From Candidatus Poribacteria bacterium (GTDB lineage Bacteria; Poribacteria; WGA-4E; PCPOR2b): a DNA stretch of 64,000 nucleotides. Positions 40,197-52,690 of the stretch are shown in pieces. Positions within the stretch are counted from its first letter, which is position 1. Each line of letters starts with the position of its first letter. The stretch covers positions 2,944,001-3,008,000 of the forward strand of contig OZ244042.1 of NCBI GenBank assembly GCA_965215015.1. Direction: 5' to 3'. Under the pieces are notes generated by a model, which saw nothing but the letters and a program-made list of their open reading frames with translations, was not told the origin of the DNA and made no database searches. Position numbers and translations under genes: made by a program.

Positions 40197-42377
40197 TTAT
40201 TGCGTCGCTTTGACCTCTCTCCGACGAGCGTGCAGCACAGGCTCAGTATAGCCGTTGGGCACCGTTCCTCCCTTAAAAACCAGATCTAGTGCTGCCTGAA
40301 AGGCGATGCTCTTGTCAAATTCGGGTGCCATGTTTCGATAGTTCGCATCCCCTGCATTCTGTCTGTCGACAACCGCAGCCATCCGCTCGAAGGTTTCTAT
40401 AATCTGTTTTCTCGTCACAACACCGTGATGTAGCCAGTTGGCAATATGCTGACTCGATATACGTAGCGTTGCCCGGTCCTCCATCAACCCGACGTCATGG
40501 ATGTCCGGCACCTTTGAGCAGCCAATTCCTTGATCAACCCAGCGCACCACATAGCCTAGTATTCCTTGGGCATTATTATCCAGTTCCTGCTGGATGTCCG
40601 CCTCTCCGAATTCACCATCCGATAATGGTGGTGTCAGAATATCCGACAGACTAGCACGCCCTCTGCTCGCCAGTTTTGTCTGCCTGCTTGCAACGCTCAC
40701 CTGATGATAATGTATGGCGTGGAGTGTAGCAGCCGTTGGCGAAGGTACCCAAGCAGTTGTCGCTCCGGCCTGGGGATGACCTATCTTTGTCTCGACCATG
40801 TCAGCCATTTCATCCGGCATCGCCCACATCCCTTTACCAATCTGTGCCTTACCGGGAAGCCCTGTCTCAATACCGATATCCACGTTCCAGTCCTCATAGG
40901 CGAGCATCCATGGCTGGCCTTTGATATCAGGCTTAGGTATCATCGGTCCCGCTTCCATACTTGTGTGGATTTCATCGCCAGTCCGATCCAGAAATCCGGT
41001 GTTGATAAACACAACCCGTTCTTTCGCTGCGCGGATGGCTTCTTTCAAGTTAATAGTGGTTCGACGCTCCTCATCCATAATCCCAATCTTCAACGTGTTT
41101 GGTTCAAGCCCAAGGGCGCGCTCGACCCGTTCAAACAGTTCAATCGTTGCTGCAGCTTCCTCAGGACCGTGCAGTTTTGGTTTGACGATGTAGATGCTGC
41201 CTGCCCGGCTGTTGACATATTTCCCATTTCTTTTAAGGTCGTGTATGGCTGCCAGCGATGTAACCATCGCATCAAGGAAACCTTCGGGAATATCCTGATC
41301 GTCTGCTGTGGTGACTGCATCGGTGTACATGTGAATCCCGACATTCCGAATCAGCAGAAGACTTCGCCCCGGGAGTGTTAGCGTTGCCCCGTCCGGCGTC
41401 TTAAAGGTCTTATCTGCATTTAGGCTTCGGGTCATTTGCTCCCCACTCTTCTCAAAGGTTGCTTCTAGCGTACCCTGCATGATGCCATTCCAGTTGCTGT
41501 AGACTTTTGTTTTGTCCTCCGCATCAACAGCGGAGACAGAATCTTCACAGTCCTGAATTGTCGTGATAGCAGATTCCAGCACCACATCTTTTACGCCTGC
41601 GGGATGGGCTTTGCCAACGGGATGATTGCGGTCAATTTGGATTTCAATGTGTAATCCATTATTTCTGAGCAAGACACCCGACAGTTCACCATCTTTTTCA
41701 TTAAATCCGGCAAATGTACTGGTGGCGGCTAAACCTACTTCGCTGCCATCCTTAAGTTTTGCGACCAATTGCCTAGTTCCATTAACATCTTTGAGTGAGA
41801 ATCGCGTGACTTCTGAGAACTTCCCTTGTTCAAGCCCCACCGCCTCATCTAAGAATGCCTCCGCTTGGGCGATGACCGCTGCGCCGCGCACAGGATTGTA
41901 CCCTTCACTCCTCTCCTTCCCGTCTTCATCGGAAATCACATTTGTGCCGTACAACGCATCATACAGACTCCCCCAGCGAGCATTGGCGGCATTCAGCGCG
42001 TAACGGGCGTTATCCACCGGCACCACCAGTTGTGGGCCGGAAACCTCTGCGATTTCGGGGTCTACATTCGCCGTGGTCGCTTGGAAATGTCCGCCTTCGG
42101 GGAGGAGATAACCAATCTCTGCAAGAAATTCCTCATATTCATTTGGATCGACCGGCTCGCCCTTTGTAGATAAATGCCATTCGTCAATCCGTTGCTGCAA
42201 TGCATCCCGTTTATCCAGAAGTGTCCGGTTTTTGGGCGCAAGATCTGTAACAATCTCACCTAGCGATGTCCAAAATGCATCCGCTTCCACACCTGTGCCG
42301 GGCACAATCTCGTCTTGTACCAGACGATACAATCCCTCGTCAATTTTGAGCTGACCAACTTCAATTCTATCTGCCAT
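40197..42377 (-). CDS. glcB: Malate synthase G
   Basis: [64 protein letters not shown]. Confidence 0.97.
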   Translation of the reverse strand: MADRIEVGQLKIDEGLYRLVQDEIVPGTGVEADAFWTSLGEIVTDLAPKNRTLLDKRDALQQRIDEWHLSTKGEPVDPNEYEEFLAEIGYLLPEGGHFQATTANVDPEIAEVSGPQLVVPVDNARYALNAANARWGSLYDALYGTNVISDEDGKERSEGYNPVRGAAVIAQAEAFLDEAVGLEQGKFSEVTRFSLKDVNGTRQLVAKLKDGSEVGLAATSTFAGFNEKDGELSGVLLRNNGLHIEIQIDRNHPVGKAHPAGVKDVVLESAITTIQDCEDSVSAVDAEDKTKVYSNWNGIMQGTLEATFEKSGEQMTRSLNADKTFKTPDGATLTLPGRSLLLIRNVGIHMYTDAVTTADDQDIPEGFLDAMVTSLAAIHDLKRNGKYVNSRAGSIYIVKPKLHGPEEAAATIELFERVERALGLEPNTLKIGIMDEERRTTINLKEAIRAAKERVVFINTGFLDRTGDEIHTSMEAGPMIPKPDIKGQPWMLAYEDWNVDIGIETGLPGKAQIGKGMWAMPDEMADMVETKIGHPQAGATTAWVPSPTAATLHAIHYHQVSVASRQTKLASRGRASLSDILTPPLSDGEFGEADIQQELDNNAQGILGYVVRWVDQGIGCSKVPDIHDVGLMEDRATLRISSQHIANWLHHGVVTRKQIIETFERMAAVVDRQNAGDANYRNMAPEFDKSIAFQAALDLVFKGGTVPNGYTEPVLHARRREVKATQ

Positions 42378-42452
42378 TCTTTCATATGCCTCCACGTTTT
42401 AGGACTTCCGAAAAAAGTCAATTTTTGAACAGTTTTGCGTCTGATTCCTATT

Positions 42453-42714
42453 TAGGAGTTACACACTTGAGTTTGTAGGCGCGCCATTCAACCCACGTTT
42501 TTAAGGTAGTAGGCATACGGCACGGCGGAGCGTACCTAGCTACTGTAGAATTAACTGTAGTTGCCCGATTCATCGGGCGTCGTGAGTCGTATGGTCCGGT
42601 GACTCATCACCGAGGATACCATGACTATTGCGCCATAATCCTGGCTCAACCAACCGTAACCATTGCGCGACCTTTTTTGGTGTTGGCTTTGAACGTTCAA
42701 CTGCGTAAGTCCTA
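42453..42714. mobile_element. MITE family A
   Basis: TAGGAGTTACACA / TGCGTAAGTCCTA terminal inverted repeats; GTAGTTGCCCGATTCATCGGGCG body. Confidence 0.7.
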
Positions 42715-42990
42715 CCTATTTTAACCCGATCTGTCTCATCCTGTCAAGATGCTTAGGTTTCAACTAGGGCTATTTAGTTTTTGGTGTTCTTCCTATCTGA
42801 ATAGGAAGTCGCAATTCGGAGATCCCTCCTGCGAGAGAACTAAATGACTCTAATCACCGTTTGCAGTGAATTGACAAATCCACTGCAAAGGTGCACAGAT
42901 GGCTTGGATATGTTTATCCAAGCCGAAACAGAACAGGATGCAAAACACGATACTGGAGAACTAAACGTCCCTAACCCTTTTCTTTCGCTT

Positions 42991-43019
42991 TTGACAATAT
43001 AGATCGAGTATGGTATTAT
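42991..43019 (+). promoter_or_regulatory. Sigma70-type promoter upstream of hisG
   Basis: TTGACA-17bp-TATTAT with an extended TG. Confidence 0.6.
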
Positions 43020-43227
43020 AGAGTATCATATATTATTTCTCGAATCACCGTGTTACAGACCACAGCAAAAGAACAACTGAAAGCCTGCTCGTAGCTTGTC
43101 CTCAAATGAAGTGAAGCAAGTACAGCAAAAGGGATTCCATTACGAAGCAATCTCTGTAACAGTGAAAGTTGGATTTAATCTCAGAACGAAGCAATCAAAA
43201 AAAATTGGAGGCAGAACACAAAAACTG

Positions 43228-44100
43228 ATGAACAAACTCAAATTAGGCATTCCCAAAGGATCGCTACAGGCATTCACTATTGATCTTTTCAGACAAGCAG
43301 GTTATACAATTACAATCAACGGTCGGTCGTACTATCCACATATCGACGACAACGAGATCGAGGTGATGCTGCTGCGCCCACAGGAGATGGCACTCTACGT
43401 AGAACGCGGTGTCCTCGATGTGGGGTTAGCAGGACGAGATTGGGTCCGCGAATGCAACGTTGACGTACTAGAAGTCGCTTCGCTAACCTACGGCAAGCAA
43501 ACCAGGCAGCCAGCGCAATGGGTGCTAGCAGTCGCGGAAGATTCTCCCATCCAGTCTGTCGCCGATCTGGAAGGGACAGTCATTTTCACCGAATTGGTTG
43601 AAGCGACCAAATCATACCTCAAGGATAATGGCATCAATGCGACCGTCAAATTTTCACACGGCGCAACAGAGGTGAAGATTCCTCATCTCTGCGATGCAAT
43701 TGTAGAGCTTACGGAGACTGGTAGCACCTTGCGTGCTAACCAATTAAGAATTGTCGATGTCGTCATTGAATCGGTAACGATGTTGATCGCCAATAAGGAG
43801 AGTTGGGAGGCTGAATGGACGCGCAACAAGACGGAAAGTTTGTACATACTCCTTGCCGGGGCGTTGGCGGCACAAAACAAAGTCGGCCTCAAAATGAACA
43901 TTGCCCAAGAAAACCTTCAATCTTTGCTTGCCATTTTGCCGGCGATGAGAAAGCCCACGATTTCCCAACTTAGCCAAGATGAATGGTATGCTGTCGAAAC
44001 GATTGTTGATGAGCACATTGTCCGGGACTTTATCCCAGAGCTTAGGAATGTGGGAGCAGAGGGCATTATTGAATATCCGTTGAGCAAGGTAATTCCGTGA
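43228..44100 (+). CDS. hisG: ATP phosphoribosyltransferase (long form)
   Basis: LKLGIPKGSL, LRPQEM, GATEVK, DAIVELTETGSTLRAN, PTIS regulatory domain. Confidence 0.96.
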   Translation: MNKLKLGIPKGSLQAFTIDLFRQAGYTITINGRSYYPHIDDNEIEVMLLRPQEMALYVERGVLDVGLAGRDWVRECNVDVLEVASLTYGKQTRQPAQWVLAVAEDSPIQSVADLEGTVIFTELVEATKSYLKDNGINATVKFSHGATEVKIPHLCDAIVELTETGSTLRANQLRIVDVVIESVTMLIANKESWEAEWTRNKTESLYILLAGALAAQNKVGLKMNIAQENLQSLLAILPAMRKPTISQLSQDEWYAVETIVDEHIVRDFIPELRNVGAEGIIEYPLSKVIP

Positions 44101-44171
44101 TGGGAGAATCGTAAAGCGCGAGTCAATGCTTCCATACTATCTCGGTATGATTTCTATAGGAGATCAATCGA

Positions 44172-44560
44172 GTCAGCTACCCCACCCTAAAAAGTGAGGC
44201 GTGTTGCCTGCCCCTTTGGGATTTCGGGTTATTCGGTCTTGGCTCGTCGCTTTACACGCACGCTACCGAAGGGAAGCAGCTCCCCTTTGGAAGTCAGTTT
44301 TGTAGAGTCGGTGATTCTACTCACTCAACTTTCGTGCGATACCTTGGACAACTTCTTCCCGATTGGGAGAAGCGAAAACGAGCGTTTTCCTGAGGCGTCG
44401 AGCTACACAATATGACTTTAATACATTAACCGTGTTGTGTCAACAAAAAAGGAGTCGCAGTCTCCCCCGCAGATACCTGATACTGTTGCGTAACATGCCA
44501 GGCTGATTGAGCCAGAACTATAGCGCAACACGCTGGTATTTACGGGGGCTCCACTGCAAA
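44172..44560 (-). mobile_element. Non-autonomous IS200/IS605-like element with a candidate omegaRNA-like transcript
   Basis: Minus-strand 3' end GCCTCACTTTTTAGGGTGGGGTAGCTGAC (right-end-like hairpin); 5' long hairpin CCCCCGTAAATACC...GGTATCTGCGGGGG; no tnpA/tnpB ORF. Confidence 0.55.
44415..44443 (-). promoter_or_regulatory. Sigma70-type promoter inside the IS200/IS605-like element
   Basis: TTGACA-17bp-TAAAGT on the minus strand, pointing to the right-end hairpin. Confidence 0.5.
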
Positions 44561-44567
44561 GATTTTG

Positions 44568-45626
44568 ATGAAATTTCAGATCAATTTATGTTTTTTTCTT
44601 ATCCTGATTTGGGCGATTATCGGCCTCGGGTGCGGCGCAGATTCGCCTTCTCCTTCGGTTGATTCCGGAGAAGTATCTGAACAGACACCAAACATGGAAA
44701 GGGAGAACGCTTCACAGTCTGGAACGGTATCAGGAATTATCACTGACGCCACGACGGGAACCCCGATTCCGGGGGTAACTGTCAGTTTGCTAAATCAGAT
44801 GGTGAAAACTGGAGTAGAGGGCAAATATGTTTTCACAGGGATTCGTTATTCGGAGACCCACAGTTTAGCTGTCATGGGCATCAATTATCAACCTAAAATG
44901 AAGCAATTTGAACTTAGGACTGAACAAGTAGAATTAAATATTTCTCTCGCTCCGAAGCTTGGGGCGGTGTCAGGCGTTATTACTGATGGCACAACAGGGA
45001 ACCCGATTGCGGGCGCAACTGTCAACCTATTAGGGCGGACTATGATAACCGAAGTAGATGGTAGATACAATTTCACACAGGTTCCCTATTCAGGGGCTCT
45101 CAGTTTAATGATTACAGCTATTGATTATCAAACCAAAACAGAAAGCTTTGAACTGAGGGCTGGCCGTGTTGGATTGAACATCCGCCTTATGCCCTCGACG
45201 AATCCTGAGACGGAGATTAATCAATTCTTGGAACGTTTCTCAGCACTAATTGAATCATTGGATGTGGGTAAATTGGGAACAATCCAAGAACTCTTTTCGG
45301 AAACTTACCTTGCAGGAGATGATCCTATTACGCTCCTTGGTTTAGCCACAGGCGTTATTCCCGCAACATTCGATGAAGTTACTCCAACAATTATTAAAGT
45401 GTTTGAAAAGTATGATGCCCTCCAATTTCAGTTTAATAAAATTCGAGTGGAGGTGACTAATTCACGTCAGGCTTCCGCGCGGCTTACCTTACACATCATC
45501 AGCGAAGAGGGGCCACAACCCAACAAAAGAGAGATTATCGTTGATTGTCAAATAGATTTCCGCAAAGAGGGCTTGGTGTGGAAAATAGTATTCTGGCAAC
45601 TTTTCAACGTCGAAATTCTTCTATGA
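44568..45626 (+). CDS. Lipoprotein with two carboxypeptidase-regulatory-like (Ig/CNA-B) repeats
   Basis: Lipobox GLGC; repeats GTVSGIITDATTGTPIPGVTV / GAVSGVITDGTTGNPIAGATV; NTF2-like C-terminus. Confidence 0.75.
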   Translation: MKFQINLCFFLILIWAIIGLGCGADSPSPSVDSGEVSEQTPNMERENASQSGTVSGIITDATTGTPIPGVTVSLLNQMVKTGVEGKYVFTGIRYSETHSLAVMGINYQPKMKQFELRTEQVELNISLAPKLGAVSGVITDGTTGNPIAGATVNLLGRTMITEVDGRYNFTQVPYSGALSLMITAIDYQTKTESFELRAGRVGLNIRLMPSTNPETEINQFLERFSALIESLDVGKLGTIQELFSETYLAGDDPITLLGLATGVIPATFDEVTPTIIKVFEKYDALQFQFNKIRVEVTNSRQASARLTLHIISEEGPQPNKREIIVDCQIDFRKEGLVWKIVFWQLFNVEILL

Positions 45627-45712
45627 CTTAGGCCTGACATCAGGCGAGATGTGAGTTCTCCGCTCGGACAGGGATACAAGGGTATCCCATCTAATAAAAT
45701 TGGCAATCGTAA

Positions 45713-47924
<2,212 letters not shown>

Positions 47925-48290
47925 TTAAATTGCAAAGGTATCATAGCATGTTGCCGAGTCAGCGTCAGGGCGACATTTTTCCGTGGAAGCTTTCTCAAGA
48001 ATTTTCACTTTCAATCTATCCGCTTTTATGCTATACTCCCGGTAGTTTTTTGCAAGAGGATTGAAGTTTTTTATTACAAAGTGAATTTTACGGAATTACC
48101 GTACACATTACAGACATACCAGTTCACTTAGAGGGTTGAGTCCGAAAACGAAATTATAGCTGGATTCAAGTTGTGTTTGTCCCTATTATGTTCAGGTATC
48201 TGTAGAATTTCAGAAATAGTTTTTCCTGAACAGGCTTGTAAGGCGAGGACCGGTCGGCTTGCATTCTAATTTGTCGACTAATAACAGAAA

Positions 48291-48394
48291 GGGTCATATT
48301 AAAAGAAAGTGCAGAGCAGCTCAGAGCCTCCGAGTTTTTTTAGAAAAACTTTTTGGAAAAACTCGGAGGTTTTGCACTACTTCTTAACATGAGC
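48291..48394. repeat. MITE-like repeat, family B
   Basis: GGGTCATATTAAAAGAAAGTGCA / TGCACTACTTCTTAACATGAGC ends around the hairpin CCTCCGAGTTTTT/AAAAACTCGGAGG. Confidence 0.6.
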
Positions 48395-48416
48395 GAACTG
48401 AATAGGAGAATGAAAA

Positions 48417-48554
48417 ATGAGAGGTAATAAAGGAAAAGGTGCTAAATCACTAGACAGTTCAAATAAAGGTGTCGTCAAAAAGACAGCAACCAAAAAAGGA
48501 CGTAAAGAGAAAAAACTCGCTAAACTAGAAAAACGAGCGAAAAAAACGTATTAA
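48417..48554 (+). CDS. Small lysine-rich basic protein (45 aa)
   Basis: AGGAG RBS 8 nt before ATG; MRGNKGKGAKSLDSSNKGVVKKTATKKGRKEKKLAKLEKRAKKTY; below the ORF-track cutoff. Confidence 0.5.
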   Translation: MRGNKGKGAKSLDSSNKGVVKKTATKKGRKEKKLAKLEKRAKKTY

Positions 48555-48614
48555 ACGAGCCGGGCGATAGTTCACAAACAAGCAGACCCACGGTCAGTAG
48601 GGGCTAATCATAGT

Positions 48615-48761
48615 CACTCATGTAAGGAATTAGTGCAACAGCAGCTACAGGGACTTGCCTCCCAATTTATCAGGGAGTAACTTTCCCCTGTTTGCGGGGG
48701 GATTAAGGGGGTATAAAAGGTTCCCTCGCTTGCTGATTTGCACTTTCTTTTGACATGAGCC
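48615..48761. repeat. MITE-like repeat, family B
   Basis: CTCATGTAAGGAATTAGTGCAA / TTGCACTTTCTTTTGACATGAG inverted ends. Confidence 0.6.
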
Positions 48762-48859
48762 ATCATAATTACTCCGATAACCTCAATAAGGCGAGATTGA
48801 AATCTGCATCATGGCCTTCTGTTTGTGCTATCGCCCTTTTTTTAGGGGGTTGCTGCATC

Positions 48860-51800
48860 GTGGAATTTACTCGAAACCAGAAGAAAGCGCATGACCTTAA
48901 TCGCCATATCAGTGTGACTGCTGGGGCCGGATCTGGGAAAACCGCCGTATTGATTCATCGATACATCAAGATTTTGCTTGAAACGGATTTGCATCCCAGC
49001 CAGATTATTGCAATCACGTTTACAAGGAAAGCAGCAGCAGAACTCAAACAGCGCATCGTTAAAGAACTCGACGTAAGGCTAAGGGAAGAACCTGACAACA
49101 CAAAATTAGAAAGCGTCAAAACAGGAATGCTCTCCGCACAGATTTCGACAATTCACTCCTTTTGTGCGCGGATTCTACGGGAGTATCCGGTCGAAGCGGG
49201 GGTTGACGCAGGCTTCAACGAGTTACAAGGGATAATACAGCGGTTGACTCTCCATGAAATCATCAAGTCAACGCTTAGAGAAATCGCCGTCCGTCCCGAT
49301 GAGGACGAAACCCGTGTGAAATTAGTAGAATTGCTGCGAATCTTCGGTAAAAATCGGCTTGAGGAGCATTTATATGAACTGATTAATCAACGTGAGATCG
49401 TGGGACGCCTAGAGCGCAACTTATACTGCCGCACAGATTCAGAGGTATTAGAGATTTGGGCTGAGTTTGTACAGTTGCAATTGGCGCAGAGTTTAGTCAA
49501 TCAGTTTTCCATTGAGGATTGGCGACGTTGTTTGAAGGCAGTTTTAGCAGTTGCGAAAGGAAAAAATAAGAGTAAGGTACAGGAATTGACAGATCAGATT
49601 GAACCGGATATGGAGGTACAGGAGGCGGTTCCGTTCTTGACAGAGATTGCACCCCTCCTCCTCACCCAAAAAGGAACAATTAGCAAACAAGATTTATTGG
49701 GGCGGAGGGTTAAGATGGAGGCAGTTGAAACGGAGATTGATTTTCTGGTTCGTGCAGCAAATTACTTCCAATCCTTTCCGGTTTTTACCGATGATGATAA
49801 GTTACTCATTTGCGTGACTCGCTTGTTGTTGGCTGTTTATGATGAGGTCCAATGCGCCTACGAACACTATAAACTCCAAACGAGACGACTCGATTTTGAT
49901 GACCTTCAGATTAAGGTAAGGGACCTATTAGAGCAGGAATCAATCCATGAGCAGCTCGCCCAAAGATACCCTTATATCATGGTTGATGAGTACCAAGATA
50001 CGGACCGGTTACAATATGAAATTCTCGGCTTGCTCGCTGTCATCAACGAGAAGACTCGTGAGCAGAAGCCTTCAGATTTTAAATTGGACAACCTGTTCAT
50101 TGTCGGTGATCAGAAACAGAGCATCTATGGGTTTCGCGGGGCGGATGTGCGGGTATTCGATCGAACACGGCAGGATATAGCCGATTACCAGTCAGGATTG
50201 ATTCAAGACTTTGCTTGGCAGGACGAAACACTTGAGGCAACTGATTCGGAGAGACATGGTGAACTCCATCTTCCTGAAAATTTCCGTCTTTTGCGCAATC
50301 TCGTTGGCTTTGTCAATTTGGTTTTTGAGTCGCTCATGAAAGGACGAAATGAGTTTGAAGTTAAGTATGAGCCGCTAATACAAGGAAGAATCATCGATTA
50401 TCCCGGCCATGTAGAGCTGCTCATCGGTTCAAAGGAAAAGACAGAGGATGACTCGCAACCATCTGCGGACGAAAATCAGTTGATTGCGGCGCGCCTCCGT
50501 CACTTAGTCGGAACAGGTGAAACGATTTGGAAGGACGAAGGAGACGGCGAAAAACCCCGGCCGGTACGATACGATGATATCGCTATTCTCATTCGCAGCC
50601 GGACGCGCTTACCAGAGATTGAATCTGCCTTGCTTAAAGAGGGAATTCCGTACAAAATCACAGGAGGCATCGGATTTTATCAACGTCAAGAAATTTACGA
50701 CATCGGTAACTACCTACAATTCCTCACCAAACCTACCGACGATGTGGCACTCGCCGGGGTTCTTCGCGCCCCATTCTTCGGTGTGTCAGATGTAGACTTG
50801 TATGAAATAGCAGAACAATCTATCAGTGGATCATTTTGGCAGAAAGTCCAAGCTTACGTCGCTCAACCCGCCCGATCTTCAAGTTCTCGAATAGATTATG
50901 CAGTCCAAATGCTAAAAAGTCATCTTGAAATCCGCCACCATATCCCGCCGAGCGAGCTTATCCGAAAAATCGTCAACGACACTGGGATGGTTGGGGTACT
51001 TCCTGTTGGGCAGAGTGGTGAGCAGCGGTGGGCAAATTACGAAAAATTGTTAGGGATTGCAAGGAATTTTGAAAGATCGGAGATTACGAATCCCTTCGAT
51101 TTTTTGGAACAGCTGAACCTGCTGATTGAGGAGGAAGACCGCGAAGGACAGGCAACGGCACAATTGACAACGGACGCTGTCGAGATAATGACGGTTCATG
51201 CGGCGAAAGGGCTTGAGTTTCCAGTTGTCATTCTTCCTAACCTGGATCGGGAGTTTAGACCAGATCGAGAACCGTTTATTGATGATCAGCTAGGTATCGG
51301 TTTTAGACCCGCGGATCCGAAAAGGAATTACCAACAGAGCGATCCAGGGGCGACACAGTTGATGAGGAACCGTGCAAGAGACCGGACAGAGGCAGAGGAG
51401 CAGCGTCTTTTTTACGTGGCCACAACCCGTGCTCGCGATCGTCTGATTCTATCAGGAACAGCTGATAAAAAGGGAAATGCGTCGTGTTGGTTGAATTGGC
51501 TGCTTGATGCTCTAGAGATGTCGAAGATACCGTCGGAGGGCGAACTTCTATATCCGACAACGATTCACTTTTTACCGGAGGAGCCCACGCCAATCTCCTT
51601 TAATCTGCCGATTCGGATTATTAAATCTCTCGATGCGCTCGATCATATCGAAGAGGAAACGCCCACCCTGTCACCGTCAACCGAATTCCCGGCGTCCCAT
51701 ATCGAGCCGTTGACCGCTTCCGCTGTCAACAAAACCTTCTCGGTGCCGGAACTTACAACGTATGTCCACTGTCCAACGCGATTCTATTTGCAATATCAGA

Positions 51801-52354
51801 TTCAGATGCCGATATCGGAGCCCGAGTCTGAAGAGACTGTTGAGACAGTTCGCAAGGCTATCAATCGGTTCCTAGACTCGAAAGTTGCAGAGAGGGCGTT
51901 AAACGCAGATGAGGTTCACCGTGAACGACACATCCACGCGGAGATCGGTTCTCATATAGTCAATGGAATTGCAGACCGACTTTTCAAGGATACAAGGGGA
52001 TTGTGGCAGGTTATCAGCTACGAAACAGATAAAATTGATTGGGCAGGTATTGGTGACCCAGCGGATTACTACCGGGCACACATCGAACTATACACTCTGC
52101 TCCTTCACCGGCTCTATCCTGAACAGCAGGTCATACCGGTAACGATTTACTTCACAGATTTAGCCACCCCGTATTCGGTGGAGTTGTCGAGAAAAGAATT
52201 AATAGATATTGAGAGGGCATGGCTGGAACGGCTGAAGGCATTAGAGGTTGCTTTGAATTCCGCTGCAATCGGGGTAGGCAGGTTTGAAAAGAATAGAGAA
52301 CATTGTTCATCATGCCCCTATTTTGTTGACGGGGAGTGTATGGTTTCAGATTAA
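48860..52354 (+). CDS. UvrD/AddA-like SF1 helicase with a C-terminal PD-(D/E)XK-like domain
   Basis: AGAGSGKT, ITFTRKAA, TIHSFC, VDEYQDT, VGDQKQSIYGFRGAD, MTVHAAKGLEFP, YVATTRARD; likely GTG start at 48860. Confidence 0.9.
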   Translation: MEFTRNQKKAHDLNRHISVTAGAGSGKTAVLIHRYIKILLETDLHPSQIIAITFTRKAAAELKQRIVKELDVRLREEPDNTKLESVKTGMLSAQISTIHSFCARILREYPVEAGVDAGFNELQGIIQRLTLHEIIKSTLREIAVRPDEDETRVKLVELLRIFGKNRLEEHLYELINQREIVGRLERNLYCRTDSEVLEIWAEFVQLQLAQSLVNQFSIEDWRRCLKAVLAVAKGKNKSKVQELTDQIEPDMEVQEAVPFLTEIAPLLLTQKGTISKQDLLGRRVKMEAVETEIDFLVRAANYFQSFPVFTDDDKLLICVTRLLLAVYDEVQCAYEHYKLQTRRLDFDDLQIKVRDLLEQESIHEQLAQRYPYIMVDEYQDTDRLQYEILGLLAVINEKTREQKPSDFKLDNLFIVGDQKQSIYGFRGADVRVFDRTRQDIADYQSGLIQDFAWQDETLEATDSERHGELHLPENFRLLRNLVGFVNLVFESLMKGRNEFEVKYEPLIQGRIIDYPGHVELLIGSKEKTEDDSQPSADENQLIAARLRHLVGTGETIWKDEGDGEKPRPVRYDDIAILIRSRTRLPEIESALLKEGIPYKITGGIGFYQRQEIYDIGNYLQFLTKPTDDVALAGVLRAPFFGVSDVDLYEIAEQSISGSFWQKVQAYVAQPARSSSSRIDYAVQMLKSHLEIRHHIPPSELIRKIVNDTGMVGVLPVGQSGEQRWANYEKLLGIARNFERSEITNPFDFLEQLNLLIEEEDREGQATAQLTTDAVEIMTVHAAKGLEFPVVILPNLDREFRPDREPFIDDQLGIGFRPADPKRNYQQSDPGATQLMRNRARDRTEAEEQRLFYVATTRARDRLILSGTADKKGNASCWLNWLLDALEMSKIPSEGELLYPTTIHFLPEEPTPISFNLPIRIIKSLDALDHIEEETPTLSPSTEFPASHIEPLTASAVNKTFSVPELTTYVHCPTRFYLQYQIQMPISEPESEETVETVRKAINRFLDSKVAERALNADEVHRERHIHAEIGSHIVNGIADRLFKDTRGLWQVISYETDKIDWAGIGDPADYYRAHIELYTLLLHRLYPEQQVIPVTIYFTDLATPYSVELSRKELIDIERAWLERLKALEVALNSAAIGVGRFEKNREHCSSCPYFVDGECMVSD

Positions 52355-52417
52355 TAGCAGTTAATTGCCTGAATCCTTACTCGTTCTCCCCGTGCTGTAC
52401 TTAACTGAATTATCTTC

Positions 52418-52657
52418 TTACTGCACTACATCTCCCTCAATCGGTTCAACTGCCACTTTCACGTTCTTGAGATGTTCAACAACTCGTTCCAGTTCGTCAG
52501 GCTCACCCCTAATTTCCAAAACAACCCACCCTCGGTCGACTGTGACGTCGGCGCGCCGAATGCTCGTGATCACATTGTACTGCTGACCGATGTTGTGGAT
52601 AATGGGCTCAGTGATCAGATCTGGCGGAAAGGTCAAACGAAGTCTTAAAGATGCCAT
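52418..52657 (-). CDS. Stand-alone NIL domain protein
   Basis: LTFP..LITEPII, SIRRADVT..RGWVVLE, EPIEGDVV. Confidence 0.85.
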   Translation of the reverse strand: MASLRLRLTFPPDLITEPIIHNIGQQYNVITSIRRADVTVDRGWVVLEIRGEPDELERVVEHLKNVKVAVEPIEGDVVQ

Positions 52658-52690
52658 ATCTGCCGCTCCTTTCTGAATTAACGAATCCTA

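Noticed and set aside
40704-41381. 225-aa plus-strand ORF
   Set aside because: Antisense to glcB; shadow ORF
44195-44415. 73-aa plus-strand ORF as a transposase/TnpB fragment
   Set aside because: No HUH, RuvC or zinc-finger motifs recognised; the region is better explained as structured RNA
48755-48859. N-terminal extension of the helicase given by the ORF track
   Set aside because: The ATG falls inside a MITE end; homology begins at GTG 48860. Similar over-long starts were trimmed at 49, 17294, 43096, 53293 and 60360
51735-52354. Cas4 / CRISPR-associated nuclease
   Set aside because: The domain is fused to an AddA-like helicase, and there are no cas genes or arrays nearby
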